Shown here one piece after another: positions 14,501-26,300 of a DNA stretch of 64,000 nucleotides. The position numbers and the translations under genes are program-made. Every line of letters starts with the position of its first letter. The first letter of the stretch is position 1. The notes below the pieces were generated by a model. The model had not been told where the DNA came from. It did not search any database and worked only from the letters and a program-made list of their open reading frames with translations. Source of the DNA: Tubiluchus corallicola (lineage: Eukaryota > Animalia > Priapulida); contig JAQGDQ010000268.1 in NCBI GenBank assembly GCA_030141605.1, forward strand, positions 247,951 to 311,950, written 5' to 3'.

Positions 14501-17500
14501 TTACGCATTTATATTCCTATTATATTATTATCACAATACAAATGTGTTTATATTGAGTTTATTGTATCTTGCTTGGGTTAGTGGTCATTTTCCCCCCTAG
14601 AATTCGTGCTGTATACATGTCAATCTCGTTATTGTGTAATTACTTCAATACAAGAAAGGGTTTACCTTATTAGAAATTCAAGAAAATTAAATTAACATGC
14701 AGGTGAGTGAAAGGGCTAACTGACTCTTGCAGAAAACAATAGGAGATTCAATATTTATTTGACTTGCTAAGGCGACCAATGCAATTTGCTAAGCTGAATG
14801 ACTCAAAAGCTGAGACACTCAACATGCTAAGCTGAATGATTCAACTTGCTAAACTGAACGACTCAAGTTGGAAAATTAAATGACTCCGTTTGTTAAGCTG
14901 AATTACTCAACTTAAGCTGAGAGACTCAAGATGCTAAACTGAGTTACTCCACTTGCTAAACTGGATAACTCAAGTTGAAAAGTTAATGACTCAGTTTGCT
15001 AAGCTGAGAGACTCAACTTGCAACGTTAAATCTTTCAACTTGCTAACCTGAGAAACATCTTATTAAGCAGATAGACTCAACTTTCTAAGCAAAATGACTT
15101 CACTTTCAAAGCAGAATGACTCAAAATACCTCGACTGTTTGATAAACAAGTGAATTAGAGACATCCACAAGGAAGTCGTGTGAAAAGTCTCCCGCTCCTA
15201 TTGTAACTGTGATATCTTTCTCAGCTGATGAGAAAAAAATGGCAGCAAATTCCGACAACGATTGCAAGCCAATTACAGTATCCTGAAAAAGTAATAAATT
15301 CATTTAACAAATACAGCTGCATCAAGAAAGTCCATTTTTCTTTGCTCATAAAGGCTTTTCGTTAATGGCTTTGCATTAGATGTCAGAATGTAAACAGCAA
15401 TTAATTTTTTATTTGTGGAATCAAATACTTTGTATTTTGCTTGGTAGGCAATCTTGCGACATCATAAGATTATTCCTGTTCCCCTTGCTCAGTTGCGAGT
15501 GATGGAGTAGCTTAGTGCACATGTATGTACATTTAAGTTTTAAAATGTTTTATATTAGTTAAGTGTGTATAAATTTTCAATTGGGGGAAATGATGTCAGT
15601 TACTTTATAGATTCACTTTGAAAAAACACAAGGCATTGAAAATTTGTAATTAATCTACAAATCAAACATTGTTTGCTTCTGTACAAATGAGTGAGTGAAG
15701 TTTGAAGATTTTAAATGTCAATCTTTTAAATTTAAATCTATTGTATTTAAATTAGTTAACATTAATTTTACTGATAGAAATCGTATATGAATATTGATAT
15801 TTTAAAAAGGTTCAAACTACTGTTAATAGTTGCTAAACTGAATGATACGTTACACATTAAATCTATTCAAAGCCCGAAATAATCGTGCCATCAGACAGGG
15901 TTTTTACAATAATTATTTGTTAGCTTGCAGTTGATATAAATGACGATTGGAAATGCTTAGGGTAAATAAAGCACAGAATAAATGTAACTTGAAGCGAACT
16001 ATAATGAAAAATTTAAACTATAGGTGGTATACCTGTGTAGAGGCAAAACCGCCAAAGGAATTTTGCTGTTTCATCAACCACTTCATTATGGGAATCCCAC
16101 CGCTCAAGTTATTCCTCCTGACCATGATGAGCAATGCGTAAGCGGTCATTTCAATGTCCACTGAAGAGTGACGAGCATAAAAACTATGGTGGTCAGAAGT
16201 TTCGGCAACTTGTTTCTTTATCCAATGTTTCATGCCACCTACAGGACAAAAATACAATTTCTTATTTCATTTTCAATGCATGCATAGCAACAGAATTTTG
16301 ATTTACAAAACTTTTCCTTTTCTTTTTGCAAGAAACTATATAAAATTAAAGTGTGAACATATAATTGAAAGGAAATGAACAAAAAATTAATATACAAATG
16401 AACATACAAACTTGAAACTAAGTATGCTGACCAAGTAACAAAACAACTGTCCCATCAATTACTCAACTAAAAATAAAATAAAATCAATAACAAAAGAAAT
16501 AAGATATTCTCTCCTACTCAAACTCAGAATAGGTTTCAATTTTCCACCCGTTACCAACCAAACTTTAGCCCATTAGCATTAATTCTCATTCAATAGCCAC
16601 ATAACATAGTTCTCTGTCAACAACAGTATCTATACCATTGTCTACAGCCAGCTTGTCTAGTAACTGCAAGGCTTTTTCTGCTTGGTTGCTTTCCGATAAG
16701 ATCAGTGCATACGTCGTAATAGCCAGTGCATATGGTTTGCCCTCAATACTTTCTAACTGTGACTCTAGGTAACCTTGGGCTCGAGATAATGAAGATTCGA
16801 TTGACTGCTTTGTTTCCTGAAGAAACAAAAAAAATATTAGAAACAGAAAAAGTACCCAAACCTTGTCTAAATTGTTAAGTATTATAAACTTACGCCTTAA
16901 TAAAAATTAATCATGAAACCAGCTTGATGTGCAAAGAATGAAAAAAAATCATTGCTTTATAATTTTAGTTCTTCGGTTAATTGTTACACAATTAATGAAC
17001 CAATAAATGAAAAGTTGCAAATGTTATACATTACCTCATTTGAAATCTTTTTTGCATTTTCCAGTAATGCAATCATCGCATATGCAGTTAACGACACACC
17101 ACTTGCAGCTCCACCCTGTGAGCAAAAGAGAAATCAGAAGCTGCACTTACTTTGAAGAAACTATAATTTAGTTACAGGCTGCAAAACAAAAGTAAACAGC
17201 AGGTGCACTGCAGGATAGCTTTACTTTAAAAAATCAAGAAGAAACACTTTTCCTGTAGTGGTTTTTATTTAAAAGCAGGGTGCGCTGTTCATGTGGAATA
17301 CATAGATCGCAGAATGGTAATGAACCAGAGGCGGTCCACCTCAGAATGACCAATGAGGCGCCTACTGTTCTTCGATTATTGGTGCCTGGTATTGTTGGGG
17401 GCTTTACTCACATGTGCACTTAAAGCCTATGCAAAACATACAGCCAAAGCGTGTGTTCATGATTAGTTTTGCTTTTTTCTTGCTATAAAAAACCTTGTGC

Positions 17501-20500
17501 AGCTAAAATTCGTTAATACTAGTGAAGAATGGTGAAGCGTTGTGTTTGGGGCACGTGTAATGTGGTTGTTCACTATCCAGAAAGACTGGAACGAGGAGTT
17601 CGACTTATAAGCTTCCCGAACCCAAAAAAACTTTAGACAAGTGTCATGTTGGGTCAGAGCATGCGGGAGGCCACATTAACAGCTCAACACATTAAAAATG
17701 AATAAAAATTGTGCTGCCAGCTCAAAGAGAAGTTTTCTAATGTTTTATTATTACACTGTCCTATTATTTATTACTGCTGGCTACTTGTAGAATGTGTCCT
17801 GTTAAATCAGGACTTAACGCACTGCAACAAGATATTCTAGATCCTGTACAACAAAAAATAGGATTTTGTTATTTGAGCATGACTGTCTGAACGTAGTATA
17901 GTTATATAGTTCAGCTGGGCTAACTTACTTGGTTTTATTTAATTTATTCAGTTTTCGTTTTTATGTTAGAATTAGGTGCAAGACACTAAAATAATTTGTT
18001 TTGGTGTAAGTAAAAGTGTTATAAAAATTTTGCTTTACAACACATGTAAAGCAGAGTTAACACACATTATGTTTCATATTTGTTATTTTAGTACTTTCTT
18101 GTCACTTTTATTATAACTAATGCTTTTATTGTAACTATGTTAGAAACTGAGCAATAAATCTTGATATAGTGCACATATCCTTGCATATAATAATTAAATC
18201 CTCTGTGTAAGGATTTACTAGACAAGTTCTTATAGTTTGGTTTGTAACACGATGAATTTTCCGGAATCGCTGATAAATCACTTAAAATTCACCCATTGTC
18301 CATGTTTTTCGCTCTTCTTTATATACTGTAGTGACTTGCAGTGAGTGAGTGTTTGTGAGAACGTGTGTTACGTGATCAAGGTGGATGGGGCTAAACGCCA
18401 CTTGCTATTTATCTATTGTGGGGCTGGGGTGCAGCCCGTGTTATTATCAAACATAATCTTCGAAAAATAACAAAATAAACCTACACAGATGTCGTAACCA
18501 TGATTAGTTTCATATACATCCTCCTTTAGTGAAAGACAGTATGGAAAAAAAGTTTCACTAGGGGCCACCATCCACTTATTAACCAAGCCCAGTGTCGTTC
18601 AACTTACACAGCCGAATGCATACAGTAATTGCCCAGCTTTAAGCTTTATACAAACAGTTAGCTCCTCGGGCAAATGAGCAAATAATGTTAAATTGAGGGG
18701 TAGTATCTTATTTTAGGTACTAATATTCTACAGACTAGTTTTTGGATTTTCCTCTAGTGAAGTAACTCTATAAAGCTGTCTTTTCCGCCGTGGCCTATAA
18801 AACGTACTACAAAACACTGCCATTTACTCTCTGTGAGGTCATCAATGCATACTTTTCACAAAAACTAATTTGGATTCTATGACGTTGTATATGTTAACAT
18901 TAAGCTTATTATCATAGTTTTTGGAGCAAAAAGCAAAATGCAGAATGTTCGCACATTTGTTACCATCACAGCAGTAGCAGAAGGCAAAGACTATGCAGAA
19001 TGTTTGTACGTTACTGATCTCAGTGCTGAATTTACTAGCATTTGTTACTTCATAAAGTTTCAACATTATGCAAAATGCTTTTGTTGTTGCCATTGTTTTA
19101 TGGCATAGTGTGAGAGGGTGTTGCATTGTGTGGGTGGTGTGGTGTCATGCAGTGTGGGGTGGTTTTTTTAATATTGTGACATCACAATAGCGCGCTATTG
19201 CAGAAAAAATTTGAATAACTCATAGAAACTGCTGGAACTGCATGTTGCTTAAGTTTGCACATTTTACATTTGACAAATTAACACTATAAGACACCTGCAT
19301 ATCCTTGTGAATAACCCTGCCGGGTTCTGGAAAATGTCCGTCCTTCTGCTGTTGTTTCACCATCCAGAGAAGAGCTTTTTCAATCACGTTGAAATCAATA
19401 AAAATGTGCTTCTTGGCTTGACGGAAAGACTTCGCTACAAATGCCGTCAACCTGAATGAAAAGCATGCAGCCTAAACAAGTGAATGAATGGTTGACACAT
19501 TCAATGATGGCTTTAAGCATGTGGTACAGGGACTGTTTGAGCCCTGTATGAGTATAGCCATTCTTCCATTATATTTTTTATGAAATTTACAGGATGAATT
19601 TAATTTTGTGTCAAATGTTCATGTTTTTTATACAGTGTGGCAAATTGCAAACAGAAATCCAGCACACAGCAGCAGGGTTTAGCGCATGCTGATATTTAGA
19701 CACCTGCATGTCCCTGTGAATAACCCCGCCCTAAACTGCAAAAGGTAAACAGTATTGATCTCAGGTAATCACCAACAATTCACTGAATAGCGTTACTGTA
19801 GAACATTTTTTCTTTTTCTTTTGGTTAACTCCCTAGCTTAACCCGTGTTACATTACATTAGACTAAACTACTTTTATTGTAGGATAAGAGTTATATGAAA
19901 AAACAAAGAAACATTTACTCAAACCAATAAAAGTTACCGTAACTCTAACGTACAACAAAATACAGTACATACAGTGAAGAAATGTGAAATTTTGCATGGA
20001 AAAATGAAGCGGAACGACAAATTTTTGCAACAGTACAATTCACGTACCACATACTGCCCGAGTCGTCGGAGTTTCCGAAAGCACTAAATGACCCATCCTT
20101 TCTTTGATAAGTCAACTCCCTTTGGTAACCTAAACAAACCGAGTAGCTGTTTTAAAATTCAGCTGCTGCACTGATTGGCATCTAACATAAGTTTGCTTCG
20201 TATTGAAAAGACTGCTTGTGTTGTTATAAGAACAACTAAGCCTAAGAAAGGCTACAGGTTGGTCCAAAAAATCCAGACCTACAAAGTAGCTATAACTTGA
20301 CCCAAGAAAAATCGAAAATAATTTATCAAGCTTGAAACGAAACATGCAAAACTATTAACAACTAATCTGAAAGCGCAAGATTGAGTACCGAGTACTAAAT
20401 TAAAAAATACAGCGATACACAAAATGTACGAACAACATTAGCGATATCTTACCGATCTCCATAAAACGCGCAGCTTTATCCTTAACGTCTGATTTCAGTT

Positions 20501-23263
20501 GCTCAGTCTCTAGCAAGTAATTAGTAACAAATATGTTCGGAGCGAAATTCAGCATGTTCTGTTCTCCGCATCCGAATGGCATTTTGAGCAGATTTCCAAG
20601 GTTTCCAATAGTTGGACCCATGACATCACCTGTAGGTTTAAAACTTCAGTACTTTATATTGCAGTATAAAGAACAAAAACTGCAGCTTGGGACAAACTCT
20701 TGTGATCTATTAAAACAATAACAAAAATAACAAACAACCAGTTAAAAAACTTTACAAATGTTTAAAAACATGTGCAGACGTTTCGACAGCAGTCTGCTGG
20801 CATCATCACCAGGTTAACGTCATCGGTGGAACAATATACAAACAAACAACCAGTTTATACATGGATAGAGCCTATACATACATATATATATATATATTGT
20901 TTGAATGTTGTACCACGGATGATGACAGTAGACTGCTGTCGAAACGGAACTGTCGATTCTAGACGGAACTGTTCTGAGTTGCATAATGGGTCATTTTTAC
21001 GATTTGTTAAACAAAAGACGTTTTCTGATTAGCTAAACTGTGACAAAAATCTGTGGTAGATTTCTGTTTATTAACAAAAATTGTAGAATTGCACAAACCA
21101 AAAACAAGAAAACCTGTCAACTTTTGGAAATGCTTAGTCCTAGTTGGGAAACTAGGCACTAAAAACAATCAGTTGCAATAGTGAGTGAAACAATACAAAA
21201 TTTTAATTGACAAACTTTCTGGTTTAACAATTAAAGTATCAGTTCAATATATATATATACACATAGATGAAGTATGCAGAAAAGTGTTAATAATTTCGAT
21301 AATTTCTTTGTGACAGCTCTTAGTTTTGTACTGGTGTTGTGTTGTGAGTCAAGCAACACTGAATACAAAATGAATGGGTGACCACCAAGAGAACCGGCAC
21401 TTCTGAGCTGTTTCATCTGCCACATTTTTCATAATTATTTATATTGCAGAGAGAGCGTACACACACGCACGCACACACACACATGTATATACATATATGG
21501 CATAAATGATATATGTCTATGGTATAAAAGAAAATAACATGAAAAAATTGTGTCATAGGATCTTTAATATTATTTTTACACTGCATTGGAAGTACTTTCC
21601 CTTCATTCTTATTTCATTATAAAAACCAAGATCACACTGAGAGTAATTCTTTGAGAAAATAAATACCTAAAAAACAAACCTGTGACGGCCACTTCAACAC
21701 GCTGCGATCCATTTACAACATCATCGGGCCAAACAATATCAATGTTGTCAACTTGACTGACAATGCCGCCGTTGGACTCGAGCAGAATAGTTTGTGCATG
21801 GTAACGAGGTACACCTTCTGCCTGAAGAGCGAATACGAAAAGTTGCAAGTTTCTTCATTATGCTTAGAATTTCAAAGAAAATTTACGGATCACACCATTT
21901 CAGTTATTCAGATAATAATGGGATGTTTCAAAAAATGATAGCTGCCCTTTTACGGAATAAGCCGGTGTAACAGCCTAGAGGTCACCCCATGCTCAGAGTA
22001 TACCCGGTGTTATTCAAAGCTAGGCTGTCTTATACCCGGGTATAGTTTGGCCTAGGCCAGTTTATACCCCTGTGTACAAAATGGGCTAGGCTAGAATATA
22101 CCCCTCCTTCTCTAAATCAAAGAACTTATTATTTTACATATTTAATGATTATTATCTTATTTTTATTATTTTTATCATTTTTGCTAATAAAGTGGTATAG
22201 TTAATGATCCCACATAGTGTATTAAATGTAATTCCAGAATTGTAAGCAGAAAATAATTTAACATCTATATCAAAGAAAGACTGCCTTATTCAGCACCAAA
22301 CAACCAATAGATTAACCGCACAAATATTAGCATTAATGTATGTTCGTTGAGAGTTACAAAAATGATTTTCCGTGTTGCTTTTATAATTATATAATAATAG
22401 AGTATTACATACAGTCGTGGTAACTGTCTATATTAACAGTATTTACAACTTCAGAGCAAAAAAATCATATGTTTTCATAGGCATGAATTTCTTCTAAGTT
22501 GGTAAATGATTTAATTTGGTCAGTAGAAACCAATGAACATTTACATAACTTTCAAAACAACACTGAAATACTTAGAAAGGTTTGTGAGGTACAAAACAAG
22601 TTCTGAAGTCAATTGAAAACTTGCTAATATGTCAATCAATAACTGGACTGTCCACATTTACTATACACTACAATGTCACATGCCCATTTATATCTACTTT
22701 GATGACATTAATTGCACGTAAAATAAGCCAACTGGTGCACTTACACATTGGCTTATAGCTTTCAATTCTATTGTTTTTTTAAATCATAATTCTATTTTTT
22801 CACTGATGACCATGTTCACTGTAAAAAAATCAGTAAACTGCAAATAACATGTTTTTTAATAACTGAAAGAGAGTTCTAGGATCCACCACTTAACACAGAA
22901 AACATAAAATAATTAAAGTCATGATTTTTAAAGAACATTCTCAATAACAATTATCCTGTAAAAAATGAAATTTGTTCGGGCTGACGTAAAAACAGTTGTG
23001 AAATGATGACAAACGTACCTTGACCAAAAGTTGCCGTTCAACTGCGTCCTGTGCGTTCATTGTTTGGGCAGAAACTTTAATGGGAATGTGTCCAATTTTG
23101 GTAGGTAATATTGGGAAAACAAACGTCATACCTTCTCCCTTCTTAACCTAAATTACGGAATATGAAGTTAGGACGACAATTTGACGAGTTTATACAAAAA
23201 AATCTCCAGCAACACTGTAGAAATATGAGCAAAAATGTCAAGAAAATAGCTCTCCTCCCCCCT

Positions 23264-23321
<58 letters not shown>

Positions 23322-26300
23322 TCTCATCAAACAAGCAAAATTTCATTTCTCTAATTCAACTCACAATTTCTTGTTTCCTTTGATCAATATTAACATCGGC
23401 AACAATTTCATTTGGAATGTTGTCGAAATCTTCGCTCTTATGCAAAGTCACTACGACCTCAGCATCTTCATCCATGTAATTAAACACGATAGCCTGGAGG
23501 TCCAACTCCTCACCTCGCTTGACCGAATATGGGAGGTTCAGTGAAACAAAAAATGGACGAAACGCGGTCAACTGTAACAGAACATAGTTTCATCAGTTAA
23601 ACTTCACCCATTGCTCAATATTAGGAATTTTATATTTCTGGATGGCAAACATACTACATATAATTTTATATTATAACGGTGATACAAGATTTCTATTGCA
23701 TGGTTCTTCTAAATGGCGGCATGACAGCTCAACCCATTTTCATTGGTTGATTGCATTACACTAAAATGTGTCTACAATTTTACAGCGTACTGCAATTTTA
23801 TTGGTTAAACATGGCTGAAGGATACACAGGTGCACCATTGGTCAAAATGTTTGAAACAGTATTCATTGGTCATTCGCTGCAGTCTTATGTAAATGGTTAT
23901 CAGCTGTATAAGAGTGCATGTGCAAGAATGTATACATATTTTCATTCTTTTATATATTTATAGTACAATATACAGTCTAAGTGTAAAGCTAATAGGAAAC
24001 AAAAATCTCACAGGCTGTGGCAGTATACAGATTTTATACTATCTATGCAGGTTCCATACGCATGCTTTCGGCATTAGGGTGGCCGCATACATGGTATAAA
24101 ATACGTATACAACTCAAGAGTCTCTATTAGACACACTTGGTACGCACTACAATCGATGTTTCTGGAAATTATTCCTGTGTTGTCCATAGCAAACTGAACT
24201 AAAAAAAGGTGCTGGTCTGTAAATGGCTTGAAAAGGTCCATCCAGTCCCTACTGCAAGAAGTTACTTCAAAAAGGCAAGCAGTAAACACATTACATCAAC
24301 GGCCAAGATGGTGTTCCACCATTCTCGTATTGTGCAGTAGAAATCCATATTTTTACACACATTTTTGCTATGACAGACTACAGAGCACCTGGAGAGAACA
24401 CATTGCCGTTGTTTGTGTCAGCATTATGGCAATACAGTGAATGTCAGTAATACAATATTTTGGTGGCTGCACTGCCAGGTGTCCTACTTTGCATCAAAAT
24501 AAAGTAAATCACGGCAGTTGCTGACGACCACTTGCGTTTCTACAGAGATATTTTATAACGGAATATGCCATTGTTAATAAAAGTTTAAAAGTCCTACAAA
24601 ACGCAATAACAAGAACTTTTATTGGCTAAATGTGTCCTCTTAGTTGCAATCAGCAAGTGCTGTTTCTACTATGCACAACTAACTGCAACTTCAATCTGCC
24701 ACACAGTGCAAGGCTCAGTTATTCAGCAATGGTGTTTTATAAAATGCTGTAAAAAGTACTCTGGACCCACCTGACTTGCCTGTTCCGTAATAGCTATACC
24801 ATTCTTTTCATTCATCGAGAAGCCTGTGGCCAACCAAGAGGTGATAGTATCAGGAACTACAGTGTTCACAACAACAACACCACTTTCGCTAGAATACAGT
24901 TAAACATTAAAGAGCAGAAATTAAAACACACCCCTTTCATAGTACAATAAATTGAAGAAATACACTTATTGCTGTTTTTATGATAGTGTTATAGCTGCTA
25001 AATTGACTAAAACGGTCACGTAAAATGGTTTTCATTAAAGAAAGAACAGAAAGGTAAAAAAGGTAACTTAAGTTTCCCTTCACCGATTCTCTTTAGGCAG
25101 AGTAAAAATTCTCCTGCTTTTCTTGGAATGAAATTTCTTCTTACTAAAACTAAGGTACCACTCCACAATGGAGACAATAGTAATGAAATGATGATGACAA
25201 CAAACGAGATCGACCCAGTTTTTGGTGCTGCTTTAAGTCGACCTTTTCGAGAAATTTGATCAGCCTATTATAACTGCACGATTCATAGCTGCATATTTTT
25301 GTCATTGTTTTCTTTTCATGCCTCTTTGTTCAAGCAAACATTACAAAGCCAAGTAGTAAGTCAGTTTGAGCTGCCTGATCGTTTGTGAAACTGCATGTTT
25401 AAACTCAGCTCTAGTTGACTGCATAGCTTATTTGTATTTGCTTCAAACATGTTGTCCAATAATGAGCTTCTAATATGCTTCTATACTCTAGTAAAAAATT
25501 GGAACACGTATAACTTCATGACAATGAAATACTGCCGTTCAGTAATAAATAGCTCTTTGTAAGGTTAGCGCTTTCTAAAACTTAATTACATACTCACATA
25601 CAGTTCTTGAACTCTCTAAGCAACATTTTACACATATAGAGAAAAGTGAAACGAAATCACATTCATTGTAAAAGCTGGTAGAAAATTAAAATTAACGATA
25701 ATACAGGAGCAATGATATTAAGGTCGCAGAGTCGAACCAACTACCTCAAATACGTATACATGCAGTGAAAAGACGTGTGACATAAAAAAAGTAGGTAAAC
25801 AAAACAAATGAAACAATAAGCTGTGCAAATACGTAGAAGACATTGCTTGTGAGCCATAGTGAGGAGAAAAACACAACAACCATGACGAGGTGTGAACCAA
25901 CCTAGTCGTAGACGCATTCAGCCACAGCCATGTCTCGGGAAAAAGTTTTCGAACACGGGCAGGTTCTGCGAGATCAGTTGTTTCACCGGGGGCCGAGGTC
26001 TCGACAACAGTGTTTTTGAAAGCAACCATTTCCATCCCGTCTTCGAATTGTTGTAGGGCAAAGTCGACTAACTCGGGCTCGCAACCACGGCCTAAAACGA
26101 CCAAATGATTAATCAAGACCTTGAACTCCTCGTTCTTACCTGGTGGTCGAAGCATTCATCCACATCCAGGTCTCAGGAAACACCTGTCTCACACGGCTCA
26201 CTTCCTGCAAAGTTTCTCTTACGGCTCCTTTAGTAGGAATCAAATTGCCGCTCACAGGAACTAGATTACCCCTCCTCATAGCAATGTTTTGAGGCATGGC

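Noticed and set aside
14093-15123. Short tandem repeats as a CRISPR-like array
   Set aside because: The units are contiguous with no unique spacers, the context is a eukaryotic intron, and there are no cas genes.
25718-26155. 145-aa ORF as an independent gene
   Set aside because: It is bait exon B plus flanking intron read-through.
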